Source: a bacterium (GTDB taxonomy: Bacteria; SAR324; XYD2-FULL-50-16; G965216635). From it: a stretch of DNA of 64,000 nucleotides. The stretch is taken from NCBI GenBank assembly GCA_965216635.1, contig OZ244188.1, positions 1,568,001-1,632,000 on the forward strand, written 5' to 3'. Position 1 is the stretch's first letter, and the number at the start of each line of letters is the position of its first letter. The position numbers were made by a program, and so were the translations under genes. A model generated the notes under the pieces. It had not been told where the DNA came from, made no database searches, and saw nothing but the letters and a program-made list of their open reading frames with translations. Below are positions 1 through 8,690 of this stretch, piece after piece.

Positions 1-1
1 T

Positions 2-3000
2 GACGCCGAAGTTTTTGAAAAAGTTTTTTATCAAAACAAAGATTTTCAAAAGCAATACCAAGATTTTAAAAACCAAAGATTGCCCGCCACAACAACAGAA
101 TTTTTTTACAAAGAAATAGCCCAAAAATTCATTCAAAATTCCCATCAAAAAATAGAATTCACCTACTTTGATTTAAGAGAATATAAAAAAACCCTAATAA
201 AACCTATAGTAAAACCTATAGTGAAACCTATAGCAAAAAATATAGAGCAAGCAAAAGAAAACGAACAGTCTGAAATCATTGAACTCATCGCACTTTACAA
301 AATTTTATCCCCGCAACATCTTTTAAAACTTCCCCTAAAAAACGATAGCAATTCGCTAGACAAAGGATTTTACAAAGAGCTGTTGCATATTATAGGACTG
401 AACGAAATTAAAAGCGCTGGCAAAAAACTCATTCAAAGAAAACCAGAAAATCAAAGAGACGCTGGCTCTTTATTAGAAAACACGATTAACCAACTAGAAA
501 CAGGCAACAAACTCCAAAACCTTAAAGACCCTCATTACTTCGGAAACCCTAAAGGTTCAGAAATCCCAGAGCAACTATTTCAGGTAGCACTAGAGCTTTG
601 TTTGACTTGGATTAACAGAATTTTATTTTTGAAACTTTTGGAATCCCAGCTTTTGAGCTATCACAAAAAAGACAAAACTTATGCTTTTCTAAACACAGAA
701 AAAATTGCCAACTACGACAAACTCAACAGCCTATTTTTTGAAGTGCTAGCCAAAGAAAGCGAGCAAAGAAGCCCCGATTTAAAACGAGAATTTGGCAAAG
801 TTCCTTATCTCAACAGCTCCCTTTTTGAACCCTCCCAGATAGAAATTCAAACCCTTTCTATCAGCAACCTAGACGACAACAAAACCATTCCTCTTTTTTC
901 TGCCACTGTTTTAAAAGATGCAACAGGAAAAAAACAAAAAGAAAACCTACAAACTTTAGACTATTTTTTCCAATTTTTAGACGCTTACGATTTTAGTAGC
1001 GAAGGCAAGGAAGACATAAAAGAAGACGAAAAAACTCTCATTAGCGCATCTGTGCTAGGGCTCATTTTTGAAAAGATCAACGGCTACAAGGAAGGCTCAT
1101 TTTTCACACCAGGTTTTATTACGATGTATATTGCCAAAGAGACGCTCCAAAAAGCAGTCATTACAAAATTCAACCAAGCCAAAAACTGGAGCTGCCAAAA
1201 CTTAAACGAAATCCATAACAAAATCCACCATAGCCAAAAAACAGACTTCACCAAAGAAGCCAACCAGATATTTAATAGTTTAAGAATTTGCGACCCCGCA
1301 GTAGGCTCGGGGCATTTTTTGGTATCCGCCCTAAACGAGCTAATTGCCATAAAAAGCAAGCTAGGTATTTTGTGCGATCAAGATGGAAAAATACTCACGG
1401 ACTACCAAGCAGAAGTTCAAGAAGACGAGCTATCTATCAGTAACAATCAAGGCACTATTTTCCAATACGAGCCCCAAAACAGAGAAAGCCAAAGAATCCA
1501 AAAAGCCCTTTTCTGCGAAAAACAAACCCTCATTGAAAATTGTCTTTTTGGTGTAGATATCAACCACAACTCCGTCAAAATTTGCCGCCTAAGACTTTGG
1601 ATAGAACTGCTAAAAAACGCCTACTACAATATGGCAAGAGCGCTAGAAACCCTACCCAACATTGACATCAACATCAAATGCGGTAATTCGCTTACCAGCC
1701 GTTTTGAACTAAAAGACGAAATGGTAACAGAAGCAGCAAGCAAAAATATAGAAAGCTACCGTAAAACAGTCCAAGCCTATTACCACACCCGAAGCAAAGA
1801 AAAAAAACAAGAGATAGAAAAGCAAATTTCCACCATCAAAAAAAACTACGCTGACTCCATAAAACTGCTTTGGTCTGCAGAGAGAAAAAAACTATCCCGA
1901 CTCCGAATGGCAAGAAACGAGAAACACAACAGCCAACTTTTTGATACAAAACTCACCAAAGAGCAAGTGCTACAACAAGCAAAAGCAATTCAAACATCAA
2001 TGCAAAAAGAAACAAAACTAGAGCAAAAAATAACAGAAGCAGAAAGCAACAAAATTCACAAAAATGCTCTAGAATGGAGATTTGAATTTCCAGCTGTTTT
2101 AGACAACGAAGGCAACTTTGTAGGCTTTGACGCCATCATCGGAAACCCGCCCTACATCAGACAAGAAGCAATCAAAGAATTTAAGGCACTTTTTCAAAAC
2201 AAATATCAAGTCTATAAAGGCACAGCAGATATTTTTACCTACTTTGTAGAACAAGGCTACAATCTATTAAAAGAAAATGGCACATTCCAATTTATCGTCT
2301 CCAATAAATTTGCAAGAGCAAACTACGGCGCAGCTTTAAGGAAGTTTTTACTCAAAAACACCCTCACCCACTTTATAGATTTTAGCGGGCTAGCCGTTTT
2401 TGACGAGGCAACTGTAGACGCCTGTATTTTGGGATTTCAAAAAAAACAATCTAGCGAAAACCAGCTACTCGTGGCGGATATACAAAAGAATAATTTCAAA
2501 CCAGCGGACTTTGAAGAAATTTTGTCTAAAATTTCGCAAAATTTCTCACAAAAAAATCTCACAGAGCAGGCTTGGACTTTTGGCAGTCCGTTAGAAATAA
2601 AACTCAAAACAAAAATAGAAACAATCGGCACTCCACTCAAGGATTGGGATCTAAAAATAAACTATGGAATTAAGACAGGCTACAACGAGGCGTTTATTAT
2701 TAACCAAGAAAAAAAAGACGAGCTAGTAAAAGCCGACCCAAAATCTGCAGAAATCATAAAACCCATTTTACGAGGTAGAGACATCAAAGCCTACGAGCAT
2801 AATTGGGCTGGTTTGTATCTTATCAATAGCCACAACGGAGACAAAAAAAATTCAACTCCGCCCATCAACATTGACGACTACCCTGTAATCCGAGAACACT
2901 TGCATCGGTTTTACCCCGCACTAGAAAAACGCCAAGACCAAGGAGCAACACCTTATAACCTACGCGACTGTGCCTACTTAAAAGAACTTGAAAAAGAAAA

Positions 3001-3424
3001 AATTGTATATCCTGAAACTACTCAGCATGCTCATTTCTTTTATGATAAAGAAAAATTTTTTATAGAAAAAACAGGTTTTATAATGATTGTTAAAGATAGT
3101 CTAGAATATATTTGTGCTTTACTTAATTCTAATCTTATTACTTTTTATTTTAAAACTTTCGGTTCTGGTGCTATTTTAGGAAAATCTGGCTATCAATATA
3201 ACAAACACGCATTTGAAAATTTACCCATCCCAAAAATCACAGCAAAAGAGCAACAGCCTTTTATAACCCTAGTAGATAAAATACTCCAAGCCAAAGCACA
3301 AAGAAAAGACACCACCGAACTACAAACCCAAATTGACAAACTCACCTACCAGCTATACAATCTCACAAAAGAAGAAATCACCACCATTGAAAATAAAAAA
3401 CACCCCCAACCTAAAAAACAATGA
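2..3424 (+). CDS. Type IIG restriction-modification enzyme (Eco57I-like/Cj0031-like fused REase-N6A MTase-TRD), 5' truncated by window edge
   Basis: Frame is open from base 2 (DAEVFEKVFYQ...). Motif I DPAVGSGHF, GVDIN, motif IV GNPPY, TaqI_C-like region ILRGRDIKAY...KIVYPE...LPIPKI. Confidence 0.92.
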   Translation, partial: DAEVFEKVFYQNKDFQKQYQDFKNQRLPATTTEFFYKEIAQKFIQNSHQKIEFTYFDLREYKKTLIKPIVKPIVKPIAKNIEQAKENEQSEIIELIALYKILSPQHLLKLPLKNDSNSLDKGFYKELLHIIGLNEIKSAGKKLIQRKPENQRDAGSLLENTINQLETGNKLQNLKDPHYFGNPKGSEIPEQLFQVALELCLTWINRILFLKLLESQLLSYHKKDKTYAFLNTEKIANYDKLNSLFFEVLAKESEQRSPDLKREFGKVPYLNSSLFEPSQIEIQTLSISNLDDNKTIPLFSATVLKDATGKKQKENLQTLDYFFQFLDAYDFSSEGKEDIKEDEKTLISASVLGLIFEKINGYKEGSFFTPGFITMYIAKETLQKAVITKFNQAKNWSCQNLNEIHNKIHHSQKTDFTKEANQIFNSLRICDPAVGSGHFLVSALNELIAIKSKLGILCDQDGKILTDYQAEVQEDELSISNNQGTIFQYEPQNRESQRIQKALFCEKQTLIENCLFGVDINHNSVKICRLRLWIELLKNAYYNMARALETLPNIDINIKCGNSLTSRFELKDEMVTEAASKNIESYRKTVQAYYHTRSKEKKQEIEKQISTIKKNYADSIKLLWSAERKKLSRLRMARNEKHNSQLFDTKLTKEQVLQQAKAIQTSMQKETKLEQKITEAESNKIHKNALEWRFEFPAVLDNEGNFVGFDAIIGNPPYIRQEAIKEFKALFQNKYQVYKGTADIFTYFVEQGYNLLKENGTFQFIVSNKFARANYGAALRKFLLKNTLTHFIDFSGLAVFDEATVDACILGFQKKQSSENQLLVADIQKNNFKPADFEEILSKISQNFSQKNLTEQAWTFGSPLEIKLKTKIETIGTPLKDWDLKINYGIKTGYNEAFIINQEKKDELVKADPKSAEIIKPILRGRDIKAYEHNWAGLYLINSHNGDKKNSTPPINIDDYPVIREHLHRFYPALEKRQDQGATPYNLRDCAYLKELEKEKIVYPETTQHAHFFYDKEKFFIEKTGFIMIVKDSLEYICALLNSNLITFYFKTFGSGAILGKSGYQYNKHAFENLPIPKITAKEQQPFITLVDKILQAKAQRKDTTELQTQIDKLTYQLYNLTKEEITTIENKKHPQPKKQ

Positions 3425-4755
3425 GTAAAAAAACAGAAGCAATAAAATATTTTGATAGTGGCGTAGCAAAATATAAAAAAAGAGATTTTAGAGGAACTAT
3501 CACAGATTTTACCAAAGCCATAGAACTAGACCCAAAAGACGCAAACGTCTACTACATCCGAGGACTTGTAAAAGCTATTCTCAAACAATACAAAGAAGCC
3601 ATTGCAGATTTTGATAAAGCTATAGGATTAAACCCAAAAAATGCAGAAGTTTACTACAACCGAGGCAACGCAAAATATAAACTCAAACAATACAACGAAT
3701 CCATTGCAGATTACGACAAATCCATAGATCTAGACCCAAAAGATGCACGCGCCTACATGAACCGAGGCATAGTAAAAGATGAACTCAAGCAATACGACGA
3801 AGCTATTAAGGATTACGATAAAGCCATAAAATTAGCCCCAAAAGACGCAAAAGCCTACTACATCCGAGGACTAGCAAAAATTAACCTCAAACAATACAAG
3901 GAAGCTATTGTAAATTTTGACAAAGCTATAGAGCTAGACCCAAAAGACACACTAGCCTACTACAACCGAGGCAACGCAAAAGCTGAACTCAAACAACACA
4001 AGGAAGCCATTGCAGACTACGACGAAGCCATAAAACTAAACCCAAAAAACGCAGAATCCTACAACAACCGAGGCAACGCAAAAGCTGAACTCAAACAACA
4101 CAAAGAAGCTATTACAGACTACGACAAATCCATAGATCTAGACCCAAAAAATACAGAAGCTTACTACAACCGAGGACTTACTTACAGAGCATTGGGAGAG
4201 GAAGAAAAGGCTATTGCAGATTTTAAAAAAGCACAAGAACTAGACCCTACGCTAATTCCTAAAGAACAATTCAAAAAAATCACAGAGCGGACAGAACAAA
4301 CACAAAATTTTCAAAAAACACTAGAGGACTTAAAAGAAACAATTAGCAAAGATGAAAAAAAATGGGGTAGGTGGTCTTTTGGATTGGTTGTTATAACAGC
4401 AGCAGTTTTTTTATTACCTTTTTTTGAAAGTTTTTTGTCAGAATGGTTAAACTTTAAAATACCTGAAAAATTTCTAGCGGGTTACTTTCTTTTTCCTTTC
4501 TTGTCTATCGTTAGTTTTACTGTGTTGCGAATTTATACCAATATTAAAAAACACAGACTAGAAACAGAAAACCGTTTGGCTATGGCGAAAATGTTAGCCC
4601 GCATAGAAAACAAAGATAAAATTGAACCTCACTACCAAGAGCATTTTATGCCAGAGCTAGCAAAAATAATTATCACCCCGCTTTACCCCGATAAAAGCAA
4701 AAAAACAGACGCCACAAACCTATCCAATATTATAAAAAACCTTCCCGAAAAATAA
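3421..4755 (+). CDS. TPR-repeat protein (about 8 TPRs) with coiled coil and C-terminal 2-TM domain (paralog 1)
   Basis: 34-aa repeats AYYNRG..K..LKQY.EAI.DYDKAI.L.P, then two hydrophobic helices and a KHRLETENRLAMAKML tail. Confidence 0.9.
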   Translation: MSKKTEAIKYFDSGVAKYKKRDFRGTITDFTKAIELDPKDANVYYIRGLVKAILKQYKEAIADFDKAIGLNPKNAEVYYNRGNAKYKLKQYNESIADYDKSIDLDPKDARAYMNRGIVKDELKQYDEAIKDYDKAIKLAPKDAKAYYIRGLAKINLKQYKEAIVNFDKAIELDPKDTLAYYNRGNAKAELKQHKEAIADYDEAIKLNPKNAESYNNRGNAKAELKQHKEAITDYDKSIDLDPKNTEAYYNRGLTYRALGEEEKAIADFKKAQELDPTLIPKEQFKKITERTEQTQNFQKTLEDLKETISKDEKKWGRWSFGLVVITAAVFLLPFFESFLSEWLNFKIPEKFLAGYFLFPFLSIVSFTVLRIYTNIKKHRLETENRLAMAKMLARIENKDKIEPHYQEHFMPELAKIIITPLYPDKSKKTDATNLSNIIKNLPEK

Positions 4756-4771
4756 AAAAATAAATTATTTG

Positions 4772-4983
4772 ATTTTTTTGCTTGCCTGTTTTTTTGCTTG
4801 TCTGTTTTTGCTTGCCTGTTTTTTGCGTGCCTGCTTTTTGCTTGCCTGTTTTTTGCTTGCCTGTTTTTTCTTGTTTTTTTTGCTTGCCTGTTTTTTGCTT
4901 ACCTGTTTTTTTCTTACTTTTTTTTGCTTGCCTGTTTTTTTGCTTGTCTGTTTTTGCTTGCTTACTTTTTTTTGCTTGCCTGC
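4772..4983. repeat. Tandem repeat of about 15-bp unit TTTTTTGCTTGCCTG (roughly 13 degenerate copies)
   Basis: Read directly; a short version with about 3 copies lies at ~7787-7832. Confidence 0.95.
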
Positions 4984-4986
4984 ACA

Positions 4987-5070
4987 TTGAAAAAATTACT
5001 TTTTCTTGTTTTGCTGTTATTTCCAGTTGTAGGGTTGGCTCAGAATGTGGATGCAGAACATTATAGATAA
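4987..5070 (+). pseudogene. 27-codon signal-peptide stub MKKLLFLVLLLFPVVGLAQNVDAEHYR (truncated secreted protein)
   Basis: TTG start, Sec-type n/h/c regions, stop just after the predicted cleavage site; near-identical copy at 7837-7920. Confidence 0.55.
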
Positions 5071-5095
5071 TTAAGTAAGGTGTTTTTTGAAAAAC

Positions 5096-5323
5096 CATCC
5101 GTCCCAAAAATCACACCAAAAGAACAAAAACATTTCATTCAACTCGTAGATAAATCTCCCAGCCAAAGCAAAAGACAGCACCACAAAAACCCCAATAGAC
5201 AACCCCCCAAACAAAACCAGCCAAACAAAACCAAATTGACAAACTCACCTACCAGCTATACAATCTCACAAAAGAAGAAATCGCCACCATTGAAAATAAA
5301 AAACAACCCCAACCTAAAAAAAA
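5096..5323 (+). pseudogene. Frameshifted duplicate of the type IIG gene 3' end
   Basis: Matches 3225-3420 (PKIT.KEQ..FI.LVDK ... aattgacaaactcacctaccagctatacaatctcacaaaagaagaaa). Confidence 0.9.
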
Positions 5324-7345
5324 ATGAGTAAAACAGAAGCAGAAAAATATTTTATTAGTGGCGTAGCAAAATTTGAGCAAAAAGATTATGAAGGAGCTAT
5401 CACAGATTACGACAAAGCCATAGAACTAGACCCAAAAGACGCAAGCGTCTACAACAACCGAGGCACCGTAAAAGCTGAACTCAAACAATACGACGAAGCT
5501 ATCAAAGACTGTAACAAAGCCATAGATCTAGACCCGAATCTTGCTGCAGCCTACAACAACCGAGGCAACGTAAAAGCTGAACTCAAACAATACAAAGAAG
5601 CTATTGCAGATTACGACGAAGCCATCAAACTAAACCCAAAAAACGCAAACGCCTATATTTACCGAGGCAACACAAAAGCTGATCTCAAACAATACGACGG
5701 AGCTATCGTAGACTACGATAAAGCCATAGAATTAAACCCAAATAATGCAACTGCCTATATAAACCGAGGCATCGCAAAAGCTGAACTCAACCAGCATACA
5801 GATGCTATAAAAAATTTTAACAAAGCCATAGAACTAGCCCCAAAAGATGCAAAAGCCTACAACAACCGAGGCAACGTAAAAGCTGAACTCAAACAATACA
5901 AAGAAGCTATTGCAGATTACGACGAAGCCATAAAACTAAACCCAAAAGATGCAACTGCCTACGACAACCGAGGACTAGCAAAATATGAACTCAAACAACA
6001 CAAAAAAGCTATTAAAGATTTTACCAAAGCCATAGAGCTAGACCTAAAATATGCAGAAGCCTACACGAACCGAGGCAACGCAAAAGCTGGACTCAAACAA
6101 CACAACGGAGCTATCGTAGACTACGATAAAGCCATAGAATTAAACCCAAAGGAAGCCAAAACCTACTACAACCGAGGCAACGCAAAATATGAACTCCCAG
6201 AATACGAGGAAGCTATCAAAGATTACGATAAAGCCATAGAGCTAGACCCCAAAAATATAGAAGCCTACTACAACCGAGGATTAGCAAAATATGAAGTAAA
6301 TTTTTATGAGGAAGCTATATGGGATTACGATAAAGCCATAGAGCTAGACCCAAAAGATGCAACTGCCTACTACAACCGAGGACTAGCAAAATATGAACTC
6401 ACAGAATACGTGGAAGCTATTGCAGATTTTGATAAAGCCATAGAGCTAGACCCAAATTTTGCAGCAGCCTACTACAACCGAGGCAACGCAAAATATGAAC
6501 TCACAGAATACGTGGAAGCTATTGCAGATTTTGATAAAGCCATAGAATCAAACCCAAATTTTGCAGAAGCCCACTACAACCGAGGCAACGCAAAAGATGA
6601 CCTCAAACAACACAAAGAAGCTATTGCAGATTTTAATACAGCTATAGAGCTAGACCCAAAAGATGAAAAAGCCTACTACAACCGAGGCAACACAAAAGCT
6701 GAACTCAAAAAATACAGGGAAGCTATTGCAGATTATGATAAAGCCATAGAGCTAGACCCAAAAGATGCACGCGCCTACATGAACCGAGGCATTGCAAAAG
6801 ATGAACTCAAGCAATACAAGGAAGCTATCAAAGACTACGATAAAGCCATAGAGCTAGACCCAAAAGACGCAAAAGCCCACTACAACCGAGGACTAGCAAA
6901 AGATGACCTCAAACAATACAACGAAGCTATCAAAGACTACGATAAAGCCATAGAGCTAGACCCAAAATATGCACGCGCCTACATGAACCGAGGCATTGCA
7001 AAAGATGAACTTAAGCGATACGACGAAGCTATTAAGGATTACGACGAAACTATAGAACTAGACCCAAAAGATGCAAAAGCCTACTACAACCGAGGCTCCG
7101 CAAAAGATGACCTCAAACAATACAACGAAGCTATCAAAGACTACGATAAAGCCATAGAGCTAGACCCAAAATACGCAAACGCCTACTACAACCGAGGACT
7201 TACTTACAGAGAATTAGGCAACGAGGAAGAAGCACTAAAAAATTTTAAAAAAGCACAAGAACTGGACCCTACGCTAATTCCTAAAGAACAATTCAAAAAA
7301 ATCACAGAGCGGACAGAACAAACACAAAATTTTCAAAAACATTAG
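5324..7345 (+). CDS. TPR-repeat protein (about 19 TPRs), paralog 2; membrane anchor cut off by frameshift
   Basis: Continuous 34-aa TPR array; ends TQNFQKH* where paralog 1 continues TQNFQKTLEDL. Confidence 0.9.
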   Translation: MSKTEAEKYFISGVAKFEQKDYEGAITDYDKAIELDPKDASVYNNRGTVKAELKQYDEAIKDCNKAIDLDPNLAAAYNNRGNVKAELKQYKEAIADYDEAIKLNPKNANAYIYRGNTKADLKQYDGAIVDYDKAIELNPNNATAYINRGIAKAELNQHTDAIKNFNKAIELAPKDAKAYNNRGNVKAELKQYKEAIADYDEAIKLNPKDATAYDNRGLAKYELKQHKKAIKDFTKAIELDLKYAEAYTNRGNAKAGLKQHNGAIVDYDKAIELNPKEAKTYYNRGNAKYELPEYEEAIKDYDKAIELDPKNIEAYYNRGLAKYEVNFYEEAIWDYDKAIELDPKDATAYYNRGLAKYELTEYVEAIADFDKAIELDPNFAAAYYNRGNAKYELTEYVEAIADFDKAIESNPNFAEAHYNRGNAKDDLKQHKEAIADFNTAIELDPKDEKAYYNRGNTKAELKKYREAIADYDKAIELDPKDARAYMNRGIAKDELKQYKEAIKDYDKAIELDPKDAKAHYNRGLAKDDLKQYNEAIKDYDKAIELDPKYARAYMNRGIAKDELKRYDEAIKDYDETIELDPKDAKAYYNRGSAKDDLKQYNEAIKDYDKAIELDPKYANAYYNRGLTYRELGNEEEALKNFKKAQELDPTLIPKEQFKKITERTEQTQNFQKH

Positions 7346-7769
7346 AGGATTTAAGAGAGACAATTAGCAAAGATGAAAAAAACTGGGGTTGGTGGTCTTT
7401 GGTGGCTGTTGGTGCAGCTAGTGTTATTTTTATAGGTTTTTTTATAATTATATTCTTTGCAAAAGAATCTAAATCTTTTTTTCCTGCTTGCTTGACGTAC
7501 TTTTTTTTTCTTTTTTTTCCATCATTAGTTTTACGGTGTTGAGAATTTATACCAACACCAGAAAACACAGACTATAAATAGAAAACCGTTTGGCTATGGC
7601 GAAAATGTCAGCCCGCATAGAAAACAAAGAGAAAATTGAACCTCACTACCAAGAGCATTTTCTTCCAGAGCTAGCAAAAATAATTATTACCCCGCTTTAC
7701 CCCGAAAAAAACAAAAAAACAGACGCCACAAACCTATCCAATATTATAAAAAACCTTCCCGAAAAATAA
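7340..7769 (+). pseudogene. Decayed C-terminal 2-TM domain of TPR paralog 2
   Basis: One A missing in caaaaac(a), a second shift in the poly-T run near 7501-7518, and in-frame TAA at 7575-7577; otherwise aligns with the tails of paralogs 1 and 3. Confidence 0.88.
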
Positions 7770-7836
7770 AAAAATAAATTATTTGATTTTTTTGCTTGCC
7801 TGTTTTTTGCGTGCCTGTTTTTTGCTTGCCTGCACA

Positions 7837-7920
7837 TTGAAAAAATTACTTTTTCTTGTTTTGCTGTTATTTCCAGTTGTAGGATTGGCTCAGAATGTGG
7901 ATGCAGAACATTATAGATAA
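7837..7920 (+). pseudogene. Second copy of the signal-peptide stub
   Basis: Nearly identical to 4987-5070. Confidence 0.55.
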
Positions 7921-8007
7921 TAGACCTTTGAATTTCGCTGATGTGACGGCTAGCCAAATGGTTAGAACAGGTGCGAAAAAAATTTTTAGCTCGTAGGAAT
8001 ACTGAAG
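7921..8007 (+). mobile_element. Palindromic MITE, left half only
   Basis: tagacctttgaatttcgct...ggaatactgaag matches 24342 and 26946. Confidence 0.85.
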
Positions 8008-8009
8008 AG

Positions 8010-8266
8010 CATCCGTCCCAAAAATCACACCAAAAGAACAAAAACTTTTCATTCAACTCGTAGATAAAAATCTACCAGCCAAAGCAAAAGACAGCACCAC
8101 AAAAACCCCAATAGACAAACCACCCCAAACAAAACCAGCCAGATAAAACCAGCCAGATAAAACCAGTCAGATAAAACCAGCCAGATAAAAACAAATTGAC
8201 AAACTCACCTACCAGCTATACAATCTCACAAAAGAAGAAATAAAAATCATAGAAAACCCAAAATGA
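8010..8266 (+). pseudogene. Third (degenerate) copy of the type IIG 3' end, with an internal 14-bp tandem repeat (aaaaccagccagat)
   Basis: Matches 5096-5300 and 3225-3400. Confidence 0.85.
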
Positions 8267-8291
8267 CAAAATTCGCACAGAGTTGTATAAC
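8263..8291 (+). promoter_or_regulatory. Putative sigma70 promoter for the GIY-YIG gene
   Basis: ATGACA-17 nt-TATAAC, 31 nt before the ATG. Confidence 0.5.
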
Positions 8292-8322
8292 ATTAAGTAA
8301 CAAAATTAAAGAGATGTAAATT

Positions 8323-8541
8323 ATGCCAACTAATAGAGTTGTATATAAATATAATCTAAAAAAAGGTAATAAAATCGTTCATACTGGTATCACTAAAGAT
8401 TTAGAACGTCGTGAGTATGAGCATCAGCGAGAGAGTGAAAAAAAAGTTCACATTAAACAGGTCGGCAACCGCACCACCCGTGAAGCTGCTCTGCAATGGG
8501 AAGCAGAACAAAGACAAAAAGGCAAACCTACTGGTCCATAA
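8323..8541 (+). CDS. Small stand-alone GIY-YIG nuclease family protein (72 aa)
   Basis: YKY-x9-HTGITKDLERREYEH...AALQWE matches the minimal GIY-YIG core with the conserved R, H and E. Confidence 0.8.
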   Translation: MPTNRVVYKYNLKKGNKIVHTGITKDLERREYEHQRESEKKVHIKQVGNRTTREAALQWEAEQRQKGKPTGP

Positions 8542-8575
8542 AAATAGGCTAAGCAGCTGGTTGCTACTTAGCCTA
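8541..8575. terminator. Hairpin after the GIY-YIG gene (U-tract on minus strand)
   Basis: taggctaagcagc-tggtt-gctacttagccta, preceded by an A-run. Confidence 0.6.
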
Positions 8576-8690
8576 GCTATATTGCTATAGTCTTAAAGCC
8601 TGATGATACCAGAGCAAGAACATTGTTTTTATACATAATAAATTTTTTTTTTGTCAACAAATTATTTCACAACCCCCAACCTAAAAAACA

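Noticed and set aside
4730..5107. Overlapping ORFs of 73-125 aa (LLACFF, PVFCL and KQKTG repeats)
   Set aside because: They are translations of a stop-free 15-bp tandem repeat in several frames.
5080..5331. 83-aa ORF as a real gene
   Set aside because: It is a frameshifted copy of the IIG 3' end.
7697..8056. Minus-strand ORFs of 119 and 61 aa (also 33514-33702, 38691-38903, 63085-63285)
   Set aside because: They read through MITE and repeat sequence.
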